Notes: generated from the letters alone by a model not told the origin. A stretch of 64,000 bases of DNA from an uncultured bacterium (GCA_963717435.1 OY970332.1:32001-96000); one strand, 5' to 3'. Shown: positions 28,181 through 39,360, numbered from the stretch's first letter. Made by a program: numbers and translations.

Positions 28181-29080
28181 CTAAACTATATTTTGTACCT
28201 GCTCGCGGGCTTTTTCAAGTTCCACTTTAATATTAATCGCCGCGTTACTTATCTGAGAATCAGCACATTTGGCCGCCATAGTGTTAATTTCACGGAAAAG
28301 TTCCTGCAAAATAAAGTCTAATTTTTTTCCATGTTCAGGTAGATCTTTTTTCAAAGTAGATTTTAAATTATCGATATGGCTCTTTGCGCGTACAATTTCT
28401 TCATGGATATCGATTTTTTCAAGCTGAGAATATAAAAACGCATGGGGATTAGTCTCTCCAGACTGTGCATTTTGTTCTTTTGCCAAAGTCTCAAATGAAC
28501 TAATTAAAGCCTCTTTGCGAGCCTGAGCAACAGCTGGAGCCCTCTTTTCGATCTCTTTAACATCCGATTCTATATTATTAACACGCGCTTCTATATCAGC
28601 CAGTAAAACTTGCCCCTCTTTTTTTCGAACCTCGAGCAAATCTTTAACTAGCTTTTCAAAGGCATCAAAAACCAAATTTGCGGTTTCTTCATCGATGGGT
28701 TCTTCGGGCAACTCAAATACATGGGGCAAGCTTATTAATCTATCAACTGAAAGTTCACCAAAGAGATTAAACTTTGTTTTTATTTGGTTAATAGCTTTTA
28801 AGTATCCATCAACTATGGACATAGACGGCAAAACCTGCGTAGTTAATTCACTGCTATTTGTCATGTGAACGGTGCAAAAAATATTCCCACGATGCAAATT
28901 AGTTTTAAATAACTTAATTAGTCTAGTTTCAAGGTGTGATAATGCATATGGCAGCTTGCAATTCACTTCAAAAAATCTTGAATTTAAAGATTTTAAAGTT
29001 ATGGTCATCTGTATTTTGCCAATATTTTTAAATGGCAAAGATAAGATACTTGAACTAAAACCTGTCATACTTGAAAGCAT
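28181..29080 (-). CDS. yicC: YicC/YloC family endoribonuclease
   Basis: SMTGF, KSLNSRF, DIHEEIVR, GKKLDFILQELFREINT, EKAREQVQNI. Confidence 0.93.
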   Translation of the reverse strand: MLSSMTGFSSSILSLPFKNIGKIQMTITLKSLNSRFFEVNCKLPYALSHLETRLIKLFKTNLHRGNIFCTVHMTNSSELTTQVLPSMSIVDGYLKAINQIKTKFNLFGELSVDRLISLPHVFELPEEPIDEETANLVFDAFEKLVKDLLEVRKKEGQVLLADIEARVNNIESDVKEIEKRAPAVAQARKEALISSFETLAKEQNAQSGETNPHAFLYSQLEKIDIHEEIVRAKSHIDNLKSTLKKDLPEHGKKLDFILQELFREINTMAAKCADSQISNAAINIKVELEKAREQVQNIV

Positions 29081-29111
29081 TTTTTCACCCTATATATATA
29101 AATAAATTTAA

Positions 29112-29828
29112 TTAGCCCAAATTTGTATAAACATTTTGGACGTCATCCAAGTCTTCAACGGCCTCAAGGAACTCATGGGCACGCGTTTCTTCTTCACCAG
29201 ATAAATTTATCAAATTTGACGGCACAAATTCAACTTCCGAGTGCTCTATTTTAAAGCCCAAACTTTGAATTTTCTTTTTTATTTCTTCTAAAGCTTTAGG
29301 CGCACAAGTTATTTCAAAATCAGAATTTTCTATATTAATATCTTTGATATCAAAATCTAATAGAGCCTCAAGAAGCTCATCTTCTGTTGTCTTTTTACCA
29401 GAGGCACGTAAAACTCCAAGACGTTCAAACATCCAATTAACAGCTCCACCTTCGGCCAATATTCCGCCTTTACGAGAAAATATATGACGAAGTTCAGCAA
29501 TAGCCCTATTTTTATTATCTGTCAAAACTTCGACAATAACAGCTATTTTGCCGGGCCCGTACCCTTCATAAGTGTAAGCTTCGTAGGCCATACCAGGAAG
29601 TTCTCCTGTGCCTTTCTTGATTGCGCGAAGCATATTGTCTTGTGGCATATTAGCTTCTTTTGCTTTTTCTACCAAAGTTCTCAATCTTGGATTTGCGTTT
29701 ATATCCCCGCCGCCGCTTCTTGATGCGACAGTTATTTCTTTAATAAGCTTTGTAAATACCTTGCCACGCTTTGCATCCTCTTTAGCTTTTTTATGTTTAA
29801 TCGTGGCCCATTTTGAATGACCTGACAT
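29112..29828 (-). CDS. yebC: YebC/PmpR family protein
   Basis: MSGHSKWATIKHKK, YEGYGPG, TDNKNR, DDVQNVYTN. Confidence 0.97.
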   Translation of the reverse strand: MSGHSKWATIKHKKAKEDAKRGKVFTKLIKEITVASRSGGGDINANPRLRTLVEKAKEANMPQDNMLRAIKKGTGELPGMAYEAYTYEGYGPGKIAVIVEVLTDNKNRAIAELRHIFSRKGGILAEGGAVNWMFERLGVLRASGKKTTEDELLEALLDFDIKDINIENSDFEITCAPKALEEIKKKIQSLGFKIEHSEVEFVPSNLINLSGEEETRAHEFLEAVEDLDDVQNVYTNLG

Positions 29829-29840
29829 GCGTAAAGCTCC

Positions 29841-30863
29841 TCAAAAAACTGTTAGTTGTCCAAAATATTTATTTTTTAAATAGGGTAACGTTTTCTGTGG
29901 AATCTGTCGACCCCTAGCGCTCTTTTCCAGATAACCTTTTCTCATCAAAAAAGGTTCATAAACGTCTTCAAGTGTTTCACGATCCTCTCCAACGAGCGCT
30001 GCCAGTGTCTCTACGCCGACCGGGCCGCCAGAAAAAGATTTGATTATTGTTTTGATAATCATATTATCAACTTTAGTAAGACCATCTGAGTCTATAGATA
30101 AAAACTGCAGAGCCTGCTCGACTATACTATCGTCTGCGATATTATTGTTTCTAACTTGGGCAAAATCGCGAACCCTGCGTAAAATCTTTTTTGCGATTCT
30201 TGGCGCGCCCCTTGAAGATTTTGCTATACTTAAAGCTGCCCGATCTGAGATGTTTAACTTTAAAAATTTGGCGCTTTGCAAAACAATTTCAGCCAAGTCT
30301 TGATCATCGTAAAAATCTAATCTTTCAGAGATACCAAATCGACTTCGTAGTGGCGCAGATATGGCACCGCTTTTTGTTGTTGCGCCTATTAATGTAAATG
30401 GGTTTAGCGGCAGACTCACAGACTTTGCGCCAACTCCCTGGCCAATAATAACGTCAACCCTAAAATGTTCCATCGCGCTGTATAAAACTTCTTCGACGCT
30501 TGTTGCCATTCTATGGATCTCGTCAATAAATAAAATCTCTTTTGGTTCTATCCCGGACAAAATCGATACTAAATCCCCAGTTCGCTCAAGCATCGGGCCG
30601 CTGCAAATTTTAATTCCGACGCCCATTACATTTGCCATTATTTGACTTAACGTAGTTTTTCCAAGGCCAGGAGGCCCAAAAAGCAACATATGATCAAGCG
30701 GCTCATTGCGCATTTTTGCAGCCTGTGTATATAAAGCGAGTTTTTCTTTAAGTTCTTTTTGTCCCAAATATTCATCAAATGTTTTGGGGTGAAAGTCGTA
30801 AAGTTCTGCTTCTGCTGGTTCGTTAAGTGTCAGTATCGATATCGGGTCCTGAATTTGATTCAT
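29841..30863 (-). CDS. ruvB: Holliday junction branch migration helicase RuvB
   Basis: GPPGLGKTT, FIDEIHR, FTLIGATT, PLRSRFG, GGPVG, YEPFL; start moved to ATG 30863. Confidence 0.97.
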   Translation of the reverse strand: MNQIQDPISILTLNEPAEAELYDFHPKTFDEYLGQKELKEKLALYTQAAKMRNEPLDHMLLFGPPGLGKTTLSQIMANVMGVGIKICSGPMLERTGDLVSILSGIEPKEILFIDEIHRMATSVEEVLYSAMEHFRVDVIIGQGVGAKSVSLPLNPFTLIGATTKSGAISAPLRSRFGISERLDFYDDQDLAEIVLQSAKFLKLNISDRAALSIAKSSRGAPRIAKKILRRVRDFAQVRNNNIADDSIVEQALQFLSIDSDGLTKVDNMIIKTIIKSFSGGPVGVETLAALVGEDRETLEDVYEPFLMRKGYLEKSARGRQIPQKTLPYLKNKYFGQLTVF

Positions 30864-30885
30864 AATTTTTTTTAAAACTTTTAAA

Positions 30886-32103
30886 TTAGAAACTAATATT
30901 TTTAAGCGCCTGACACAACAAATCGACATCTTGGGTATTATTATATGCGGCAAAACTTACTCTAACAGAACCGTTTATATTAAGTTTTTTATGTAGTGGC
31001 TGTGCGCAATGATGACCGGCCCTTACGCAGATTCCAAACTTATCCAGATATGCCGCCATATCATGCGGGTGAATTTTCTCATGAACAAAACTTACAATAT
31101 GGCCAGTAGTTTTTAACTGTTCTATTGGCCCCAATATTTTTATTTCTGGGATGGTTAACAAATTATCTATAAGTTTTTTGGATAAACTTGCTTCGTGAAT
31201 TTTTAACTGCTCATAATCTATATTATTATCTATATAATCTATTGCCGCGCCCAGGCCAATTACACCCGAAACGGGCTGACTTCCGGCCTCCAATATTCTT
31301 GGAAATTTTAAATAACTTGTTTTATTTATATCAACATCAAATACCATACCGCCACCAACACGATTTGGGGTGATTTGATCGTGCAGTTCAGAATTCACAT
31401 ATAAAACACCAACGCCATCGGGACCAAACATTTTGTGGCTTGAAAATACTAAAAAATCTGCCCCTAAAGCTTTTACATCTATTTTTTTGTGTGCAGGAGT
31501 TTGCGCCGCATCGACAAGAACTTTGGCGCCAAAAGATTTAGCTATTTTTGAGATAGCCGCAATATCAACATGGGTTCCCAATACATTAGAAATATGGGTG
31601 ATACTTACAAGCTTGGTTCTGGAATTTATTAGCTGCTTAAAATTATCAAGATCTATTAGCCCATTATTATCTATATTTATAACTTTTAAATCTAGCTTTT
31701 TTTGTTCAGCAAGTTGTTGCCAAGCTACTATATTAGAATGATGCTCTAGCCCTGATATAATTATACTATCGCCAGATTTTAAATTATTTGCTGCCCAACT
31801 TTGCGCAACTATATTGATCCCGTCTGTTGCGCCATAAGTAAATGCTATTTCAGATTTATCGGCGCCAATAAATTTAGCAACCCTTTCACGAACTGATTCA
31901 AACATGACAGTGGCATGCTCTGCCAAATAATAAACGCCCCTATAAACCGGTGCATTAAATTTGCTATAAAATTCTGAAATCGCATCTATTACAAATTTTG
32001 GCTTTTGTGTTGTTGCGCTATTATCAAGATACACAAGATCGTGGCCATTAATTTTTTTTGATAATATCGGGAAATCTGGTCTTAAATTTTTCATTTTTAA
32101 CAA
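30886..32103 (-). CDS. sufS: Cysteine desulfurase SufS
   Basis: YLDNSATTQKP, EHHSN, SSHKMFGP, VRAGHHCAQP. Confidence 0.96.
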   Translation of the reverse strand: MLKMKNLRPDFPILSKKINGHDLVYLDNSATTQKPKFVIDAISEFYSKFNAPVYRGVYYLAEHATVMFESVRERVAKFIGADKSEIAFTYGATDGINIVAQSWAANNLKSGDSIIISGLEHHSNIVAWQQLAEQKKLDLKVINIDNNGLIDLDNFKQLINSRTKLVSITHISNVLGTHVDIAAISKIAKSFGAKVLVDAAQTPAHKKIDVKALGADFLVFSSHKMFGPDGVGVLYVNSELHDQITPNRVGGGMVFDVDINKTSYLKFPRILEAGSQPVSGVIGLGAAIDYIDNNIDYEQLKIHEASLSKKLIDNLLTIPEIKILGPIEQLKTTGHIVSFVHEKIHPHDMAAYLDKFGICVRAGHHCAQPLHKKLNINGSVRVSFAAYNNTQDVDLLCQALKNISF

Positions 32104-32125
32104 TTTAACTTTTAATTATTTTTAA

Positions 32126-33421
32126 CTATTTAAAATAACGGTCAAGATATTTTGACATAAAATTATAAAATTCACGATAATTTTCGTCTGCGAAAATATT
32201 TCCTGACCATTCAGAATTTTCTTTCAAAATTTTAAGAAAATCTATCTGGACCAAAAATTCGATAAAATCTTCGTCATAATCTATCCCGAGTGCACTTTTC
32301 TTCCAGCTACCTAGCATATTATTAATCATAATTACAGGAATTCTAATTTGCACATATTTCACAACAGTTTCTTTAAATTTATTTTTGTCTTCTCTAAGTA
32401 TTCGAGTGCCATTTAACATATAACATAAAATTGCCGCTGCATATGGACTTTTGGTTTTTGTAAATAACAACTCGAACTGATCAATCAAGTCAGAGTCAAA
32501 TATAGTGTCATCTAGATTTATTAATTTAAACCTGAAAAAATTTAGAATATCTTGGTTGTTATATTCAGAAATATTTTTTTGATCCAACTTGTTTTTTAAA
32601 ATATTTAATTCGTCCCAATGGATCGTTGCCTCAATAATGCCATTTTCGCAAGCATTTGATAAATACCGGTACGCAGCTTTATAATTTTTTAACTGCAAAT
32701 TTATTAAGCCGCCAATTAAATATGCAGGAAAATATGGTGGTACCAAATTGTCTTTTATCCCAAGGGCGATATCCATATATTCTTGGGCCTCTTTGAAGTC
32801 GCCGGCCTCCAATTTTATACGGGCCAAAATATTAGCCGCCGGTATATAATATTGCTGAAAAGATCTCTTTGCCCAAAGTTCTGCCATCTCTAAATTTCGA
32901 GCAACATAAATACCTTTATATAACATATATGCAAGTAAATATTGGGCAACAAGATTATTACTGCCATCAGGCGCAGAAGATGCCATCAAAAAATTATGAA
33001 TAATTTTAATTGTTTTAATAAAAATCTCAGATTTTTGATCAGAAGTGATTATTTTAGCTGCTTTCATACAAGCATTAAGATTAGTGTTTTCACTCAATAA
33101 TTTATTAAAAAATAAATTACCAAAATCTCTTGCCAAAGTATCTGCATTATAGCCTCGCAAATATTCAAGACAATAATAAGCCAGACCGTCGAGATTATGT
33201 TGTGTTTGCCGATATAGCATTTGTGCTGCCACCCCAAACTCCCTATGCTGACACAAGCTATTTAATTTTGACAAATAATCGCGTCTTGTGTTGTCTATGA
33301 AAAAATTGCTACTATCAAGATCTTGTAAATCAGTTGCGGAAAATTCTTGGTATTGAGCTAAAATATTGTGTTCAAAAATAAACACAAATAATATAAAATA
33401 TTTTGGCTTTTTTACGTTCAT
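32126..33421 (-). CDS. Sel1-like/TPR repeat protein, possibly exported
   Basis: AQYLLAYMLYKGIYVARNLEMAELWAKRS, YKAAYRYLSNACENGIIEA. Confidence 0.75.
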   Translation of the reverse strand: MNVKKPKYFILFVFIFEHNILAQYQEFSATDLQDLDSSNFFIDNTRRDYLSKLNSLCQHREFGVAAQMLYRQTQHNLDGLAYYCLEYLRGYNADTLARDFGNLFFNKLLSENTNLNACMKAAKIITSDQKSEIFIKTIKIIHNFLMASSAPDGSNNLVAQYLLAYMLYKGIYVARNLEMAELWAKRSFQQYYIPAANILARIKLEAGDFKEAQEYMDIALGIKDNLVPPYFPAYLIGGLINLQLKNYKAAYRYLSNACENGIIEATIHWDELNILKNKLDQKNISEYNNQDILNFFRFKLINLDDTIFDSDLIDQFELLFTKTKSPYAAAILCYMLNGTRILREDKNKFKETVVKYVQIRIPVIMINNMLGSWKKSALGIDYDEDFIEFLVQIDFLKILKENSEWSGNIFADENYREFYNFMSKYLDRYFK

Positions 33422-33465
33422 AGTTGTTTTTTGCTGCTCTTTTTTAACACTACAAATTAAAAAAA

Positions 33466-34359
33466 CTATTTTAGTTTAGCTTTTATATTATCTTTTATAT
33501 TATCGACGTCTAGTAAATTATAATCGCAAATATCTTCTATAAAAGCTGTTAGAGCAGCCTGCTTTATTTGCAAATTATCAAATCCGCGGGATTTTAAATA
33601 AAATTTTTGTTGCTCATTAATATTATAAACTGCAAACGCGTGCTTGCATTTTACGTCATTGTTTTTTATTTCAAGCGCAGGCACTGACAAGTTTTTCGCA
33701 TTATCGCCCAATATTAAAACCGTATCATGTTGAGAAGCATCAGAATTTTTAGCTTGATTATCGATTAAGATATTCCCCCAATATTTCCCCGAGCTCAAGC
33801 TACTTAAAATTCTCTTGGTTACTATAGAACTTTTGGTATTTTGTCCAATATGATTCTGAGAAGTTTTTATCGAGCAAGAACTGTTAATATCAGAATAAGA
33901 TAAAATTTTTAGGGCAAATTCAGAATTATTTTGCAATAAATTACAGTTAAATTCGATATTAATATTATTGGCGGAAGAAAAAACAAATGCATGTAATTTT
34001 GCCCCGAAATATAACTGCGCGTTAATAATAATATTAATATTATTGCTGTTAATATTATCTAGATTATCTAGATCTAGTTTAAATAGCAGCTCAGAGTTAT
34101 CTTGCAAATTTATGTCTATAGTAAAATCATAAGTTAAATTCTCGCCATTTTTACAAGAAACGTCTTTACCGGACCGCTCGTCCCGAGTGTTTTTCGATGG
34201 CAAAGCCGAGAAAAAAGTATCGAGGGATGGCGGCAACCCAAAAACATCTTGCGCAGTTAAGTTTATATTTTTTTTTGAAAAACTATCACAACTTATCCCA
34301 ATTTTATTATTAAGTTCTAGTTTATTATCCAACAGAGCCCTCCATTTCAAGTAGCACAA
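33466..34359 (-). CDS. sufD: Fe-S cluster assembly protein SufD (divergent; carries an in-frame palindromic insert)
   Basis: [49 protein letters not shown]; operon position. Confidence 0.88.
   Translation of the reverse strand: MCYLKWRALLDNKLELNNKIGISCDSFSKKNINLTAQDVFGLPPSLDTFFSALPSKNTRDERSGKDVSCKNGENLTYDFTIDINLQDNSELLFKLDLDNLDNINSNNINIIINAQLYFGAKLHAFVFSSANNINIEFNCNLLQNNSEFALKILSYSDINSSCSIKTSQNHIGQNTKSSIVTKRILSSLSSGKYWGNILIDNQAKNSDASQHDTVLILGDNAKNLSVPALEIKNNDVKCKHAFAVYNINEQQKFYLKSRGFDNLQIKQAALTAFIEDICDYNLLDVDNIKDNIKAKLK
34174..34233 (+). repeat. Palindromic element inserted in frame in sufD
   Basis: CCGCTCGTCCCGAGTGTTTTTCGATGGCAAAGCCGAGAAAAAAGTATCGAGGGAT, translated from the minus strand as [18 protein letters not shown]. 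Confidence 0.92.
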
Positions 34360-35710
34360 GTCTATTAAGCTCGACTGCGTACTCCATTGGCAAGCTTTTT
34401 ATAAATGGCTCAAGAAACCCGTTAACAACCATGCTGGCTGCCTGGGTTTTGGATAACCCCCTTGATGTTAAATAAAAAATCTGGTCGTCGTTAAGTTTGC
34501 TGACGCTTGCTTCATGGGCAACATTTGCGTCATCTTCTGAAAGAACAATTTTAGGGTAAGTATCAGAACGAGAGATCCCGTCAAGTAAGAGTGCATCGCA
34601 CTGCACACGGGATTTTATATTTTTTGCATTCTTTACAGCTTTCAAAAGACCCCTATAGCTTGCCCGTCCCCCATTTTTGCTTATAGACTTTGAAACAATT
34701 ACAGAACTTGTATTGCTAGCAAGATGTATAATTTTGCCACCAGAATCTTGATGCTGATTTTTGCCCGCAACAGCGACCGACATGATCTCGCCATAAGCAC
34801 CCTCTTCTTTTAAAACAACGCATGGGTATTTCATCGTTACTTTGCTGCCAAAATTTCCGTCGATCCATATAACTTGCGAATTTTTATAAGCAATAGCGCG
34901 CTTTGTGACAAGATTGTAAATATTATTGGACCAGTTCTGAATCGTAGAATATCTTACGTTTGAATTTTCAAGACCTATAATTTCAACAACGGCACTGTGC
35001 AACGAATTGGATTGATATTTTGGCGCGCTGCAGCCCTCAACATAATGCACGGCCGAACCCGGTTCAGCTATAATTAAAGTTCTTTCAAACTGCCCCATCT
35101 GTTTGGCATCAATTCTAAAATAAGCTTGCAGGGGCTGGTCAATCTTTACAGAACTTGGAACATAAACAAAACTGCCTCCGCTCCAAACTGCAGAGTTAAG
35201 TGCAGCAAATTTATTGTCATGCGCAGGTATAACAGTCGAAAAATATTTTTTAAAAATTTCAGGATAGTTTTTGAGCGCGCTGCTCATATCAGAAAAGATT
35301 ACGCCCTTATCCTGCCACTCTTTTTTTAAACTTTTATAAACGAACTCAGATTCAAACTGGGCGCCCACACCTGCAAGAAACTGCCGTTCTGCCTTTGGGA
35401 TTCCCAATCTTTCAAAAGTGTCTTTTATTTTTTCAGGGACATCTTCCCAACTTTTTTTTTGATTTTCTATTGGCTTTACATAATAAAAAATATCTTGTGG
35501 ATCCAAATCAGAAAGATCGGCGCCCCATGTAGGCATCGGCATATTCTCAAACAGCTCTAAAGATTTTAGCCTGAAGTCTGTCATCCAACCAGGTTCGTTT
35601 TTCTCTTCAGAAATTTGTGTAACTATTTCTCTGTTTAAGCCAATTTTTGTTTTAAATAACGGCTTAAACAAATTTTTAGACCTGCTAATAACCAACGCAT
35701 AACCCCGCAT
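34325..35710 (-). CDS. sufB: Fe-S cluster assembly protein SufB
   Basis: [55 protein letters not shown]. Confidence 0.98.
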   Translation of the reverse strand: MRGYALVISRSKNLFKPLFKTKIGLNREIVTQISEEKNEPGWMTDFRLKSLELFENMPMPTWGADLSDLDPQDIFYYVKPIENQKKSWEDVPEKIKDTFERLGIPKAERQFLAGVGAQFESEFVYKSLKKEWQDKGVIFSDMSSALKNYPEIFKKYFSTVIPAHDNKFAALNSAVWSGGSFVYVPSSVKIDQPLQAYFRIDAKQMGQFERTLIIAEPGSAVHYVEGCSAPKYQSNSLHSAVVEIIGLENSNVRYSTIQNWSNNIYNLVTKRAIAYKNSQVIWIDGNFGSKVTMKYPCVVLKEEGAYGEIMSVAVAGKNQHQDSGGKIIHLASNTSSVIVSKSISKNGGRASYRGLLKAVKNAKNIKSRVQCDALLLDGISRSDTYPKIVLSEDDANVAHEASVSKLNDDQIFYLTSRGLSKTQAASMVVNGFLEPFIKSLPMEYAVELNRLVLLEMEGSVG

Positions 35711-36464
35711 AACCCAAATTGTCTATTCTTGTTGCAAGATCTATCGATCCAGTTTTTATAATTTTTCCAGATAGCATAACATGCATAGTTATATTATTTA
35801 TATTATCTGCTGTATCTACTGATAAATATTTAAGTATTTTTGTATTATGAGTTATTAAAATAATAGACATATCTGGATTATCTTTTTTTGCCTGCAAAAT
35901 AGCTTCCGCTACAGTTTTAATTGCATCGACGTCTAGCCCGGAATCTATCTCGTCGAGTATAGCAAGTTTTGGCTTCAAGATAAGCATCTGTAATAACTCA
36001 AGCTTTTTCTTTTGTCCGCCAGAAAATCCGTCGTTAAGATATCTATACGCAAAGCCATGATCAAGACCAATTTGATCCATAAATTTATATAAAATATTCT
36101 GAAATTCTTGCACAGAAATATTTCCAAATCTGTTTTGATAAAGATCTTTTAAGAAATTAAATATCTGAACGCCTGGAATTTCGACAGGAGTTTGGAACCC
36201 CAAAAATATCCCCAACCGTGCCCGTTTTTCTGTTGGCATATCTAATATATTTGTTTTATCAAATATAATATCACCAGAACTTATTTTGTATTTTTCATGG
36301 CCCAAAATACTATAAGCAAGAGTACTCTTGCCGCAGCCGTTGGGCCCCATAATTACGTGCAATTCTGACTTATTAATATTAATATTAAAGCCTGAAATTA
36401 TAATTTTGTCGCCAGTATCTGAGATGTCTGAGATTTTAACTGACAGGTCGGTTATTTGAAGCAT
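35685..36464 (-). CDS. sufC: Fe-S cluster assembly ATPase SufC
   Basis: [41 protein letters not shown]. Confidence 0.97.
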   Translation of the reverse strand: MLQITDLSVKISDISDTGDKIIISGFNININKSELHVIMGPNGCGKSTLAYSILGHEKYKISSGDIIFDKTNILDMPTEKRARLGIFLGFQTPVEIPGVQIFNFLKDLYQNRFGNISVQEFQNILYKFMDQIGLDHGFAYRYLNDGFSGGQKKKLELLQMLILKPKLAILDEIDSGLDVDAIKTVAEAILQAKKDNPDMSIILITHNTKILKYLSVDTADNINNITMHVMLSGKIIKTGSIDLATRIDNLGYAGLCVGY

Positions 36465-37650
36465 CTGTGTTTAAAGTAACTTTCTTTGTTGGCACATAAA
36501 ATCTGTGCTCGTAATTTTTTAAATTGTTTGCATTAAATCCACCATTTTTCAACAATGCAGTAGCGTTTAAGCCCGCTATTGTTCCTGTTGCTGTTGCGAT
36601 AACGGCTTGTCTAAATATTGCATCAGAAACATCGCCTGCTGCAAATACTCTCGGCTTTGATGTCTCTTGATGTCTGTCTGCTATTATGTAGCCATTTTGG
36701 TTTAGCGCCAAATAATCATCAAACAAACTAGAATTTGGATTGGTTCCAATTGCCAGAAATATTCCAGAAACTTGCTTGGTGATTATTTCGTCAGGGTTTT
36801 CACTATCAAGATCTTTATATTTTAGCCCGGTTACAACGTTGTCATCCCCAACTATCTCAACCGGAATTTTATTATATACAACACTGATATTTGGGTAATC
36901 AGATAGTCTATCTTGCATTTTAGGCGCCGCGCGCATTCTATCTTTTCTCACGAATATTGTAACGCTACTTGCGTAATTTGAAAGCAGTATCGCTTCTTCA
37001 ATTGCGGCATCGCCACCGCCGACAATAGCTACATTTAAGTTTCTAAATAAAGTACAATCACAAAGTGCGCAAACTGCGACACCCCTGCCCCAATATTCAT
37101 CTTCGCCCGGGATCCCCAATCTTCTTGCAGAAGAGCCTGTTGCAATAATCACAACAAGTGCGTATAACGTTTTGCCGCTAGCAGTAATTAATTTATATGG
37201 CTTACTAGAATCAGAAAAATCAACTTCAATTATGCTATCTTCAACTATAGTGGCACCAAACTTTATCGCCTGTTCTGTCATAGTGTCAATAATATCTGCG
37301 CCCCATTGTCTTTTTACACCCGGAATATTTTCCACAAAGCTTGTATCCATTAGCTGACCGCCCGGCTTATCTCCTGTAAATACTATGGGCTTAAGATTTG
37401 AGCGCCCACAATACACAGCCGCTGCAAGTCCTCCTGGCCCGCTACCAAGTATCGCAACATCAACAAGATTTTGATAATTTGCTAGTTCGCCGATTTTGAA
37501 ACCAGGTATCTTTGAGTAATTTGTAACTTCATGCAGTTGCACAAAATTTTGGGACTCCGGACATTCTTTTTTTACAGATTCTGCTCTATCTATAAAACCA
37601 AAAACAAATAAAGTTGCTAAGTTAAATCTGTTAAAAACCAAATTTTTCAT
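36436..37650 (-). CDS. trxB: Thioredoxin reductase with N-terminal extension
   Basis: GSGPGG, GGQL, IIATGS, CALC active site, GGGDAAIEEA, FAAGDV. Confidence 0.92.
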   Translation of the reverse strand: MKNLVFNRFNLATLFVFGFIDRAESVKKECPESQNFVQLHEVTNYSKIPGFKIGELANYQNLVDVAILGSGPGGLAAAVYCGRSNLKPIVFTGDKPGGQLMDTSFVENIPGVKRQWGADIIDTMTEQAIKFGATIVEDSIIEVDFSDSSKPYKLITASGKTLYALVVIIATGSSARRLGIPGEDEYWGRGVAVCALCDCTLFRNLNVAIVGGGDAAIEEAILLSNYASSVTIFVRKDRMRAAPKMQDRLSDYPNISVVYNKIPVEIVGDDNVVTGLKYKDLDSENPDEIITKQVSGIFLAIGTNPNSSLFDDYLALNQNGYIIADRHQETSKPRVFAAGDVSDAIFRQAVIATATGTIAGLNATALLKNGGFNANNLKNYEHRFYVPTKKVTLNTDASNNRPVS

Positions 37651-37754
37651 AAATACCCTCTTAAATCTTTAATAAATAAAATATTTAATTTATATAAAAA
37701 CTTTAGCAGTTATTCTGATCAAATGACAATAATTTAAGCAAAGCCAAAATTTAA

Positions 37755-38210
37755 TTACTCATTAATGACAAATTTTTCGTGATGCTTTCTGCTTTTGACA
37801 TACATTTTTTTTGTTTCTTGCCAGCTCAATGGAAATTTCTTGAAATACAACCTTCTATTAAGATCCAATTTAAGCTCAGCCATTTTGCCCATAATATATT
37901 CAGTAGTTAAATCACAAAGAGCCTGCTTTCTCGGTTTTTGTTCTTCAACACAGCTACTTTTTAGATTAGATTTTATTTTTTTCTGTTCCGGTAGTTTACT
38001 CGCTGCTGCACAGTTCAATGCAGCAATAACTGCCGATTCTTGTTGCTCGAACATTTCAAGCAAACCCGTAGGGTTATTACTTCTTGGCGGCAGGACCATG
38101 AAGGAAATCACGCTAGACTCTTCTTCTTCCATAGAAAAGCATGAATTTATAGTTAAAAAACAAATTATTAATAAGTTTGATTCAAGATTAAATTTGAAAA
38201 ATCTAGACAT
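37755..38210 (-). CDS. Small secreted hypothetical protein
   Basis: Leader ending CFS-MEEE; basic C terminus. Confidence 0.6.
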   Translation of the reverse strand: MSRFFKFNLESNLLIICFLTINSCFSMEEEESSVISFMVLPPRSNNPTGLLEMFEQQESAVIAALNCAAASKLPEQKKIKSNLKSSCVEEQKPRKQALCDLTTEYIMGKMAELKLDLNRRLYFKKFPLSWQETKKMYVKSRKHHEKFVINE

Positions 38211-38382
38211 TAAAATACCCTAAAATTAAACAGCCCCGCAAAAGAACTTTATATTACTAAGTGCTAATAATTTTACCATGCGAAGCAAAATAGGGCAAAC
38301 TGGCAATTGTAAAAAAGCCCAAGTTTGGTAATAAATCCTAAACTCGAGGCTAATTTACATTCTTGTCGTATATGTCTAGATA

Positions 38383-39360
38383 TTAACTATTATACAGGTC
38401 ATAATCATCAGTCACAACTGAAATTCTTCGTCTTTTGGAAAAATTCTCAGGCAGTTCCTCAGCATTTCTCTTTTTGCCCACTGAGTTAAAAATTACATCC
38501 AAAAAGTCAAAGTCATAACCGGGACGAGTTTGACGCAACTTATTTTTAATAATGACCCCTAAATTTTCTGCTTCAGGATGTCCGTGCCGCTTGAAAATAT
38601 CAACTAATAACTTGACCAGACCAAAACAATTTTCGGGTAACGGGTTGGGCCACTCCAAAGTTCCACTTACAAAAAGTATAAATAATATATTTTTTATGTC
38701 TTGCGACCAAATAGAATTTACGATGACATAATCCTGATGATATCCGCCATTAATAATACTGCTATGCGTTAGTTGCCACTTCATAAATTTTAGGGCCAAA
38801 TCAAGATCGGCTTTGATTTGCACATCTCTGTCTTGACTTGAAAAAAGCGAATCCTGCAAACGATTTGTAGCTATAGTTCCAAAGCGCCTGTTGCTTATGG
38901 CGGCCAAAAACATTCCCATATAGCTACGTGCTTCGGCGGTTTTGTGGTTCGCATAGAATATATCTATTCTACAAACTGAATCTAAAAAGTTTTGCCAGTT
39001 GCCAAACAAAGTGGCATGCAATAAATCCTTGAGCGCCGGGTCAACTTTCGGTTGTCCCAAGTCTTCTTTTGAGTAACCACGGCATGCAGCTGCCGACAAA
39101 ATAGAAAATTCCTGGCTTAATTCACGTTGGGTCGAGTTGGAGAATTGGTCACTGTCCGATAGAGTTCCCTCTAACCTATAGCCTCTTGTGTTATCAAGAT
39201 TATTTCTGTCAACGCGGGCGCGAAAATCAGTTGGAACTCGGGCTAGCCAATAACTTAGCGCCTGATCATGTTCGCCGTCTATCATCGCAAAAACAGTACT
39301 CGTAAATATCGATATAAAAAAAGTTAATAATAATTTTGTAGAAATAAATTTTGTGTTCAT
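38383..39360 (-). CDS. Secreted putative effector with C-terminal bipartite NLS (paralog of 39378..40268)
   Basis: Start at ATG 39360 (MNTKFIS); leader ending FA-M; KKR-x10-KRRR. Confidence 0.75.
   Translation of the reverse strand: MNTKFISTKLLLTFFISIFTSTVFAMIDGEHDQALSYWLARVPTDFRARVDRNNLDNTRGYRLEGTLSDSDQFSNSTQRELSQEFSILSAAACRGYSKEDLGQPKVDPALKDLLHATLFGNWQNFLDSVCRIDIFYANHKTAEARSYMGMFLAAISNRRFGTIATNRLQDSLFSSQDRDVQIKADLDLALKFMKWQLTHSSIINGGYHQDYVIVNSIWSQDIKNILFILFVSGTLEWPNPLPENCFGLVKLLVDIFKRHGHPEAENLGVIIKNKLRQTRPGYDFDFLDVIFNSVGKKRNAEELPENFSKRRRISVVTDDYDLYNS

Noticed and set aside
37795-38223. 142 aa plus-strand ORF
   Set aside because: Exact antisense of 37755..38210, which has the leader-Met pattern and an upstream promoter-like site
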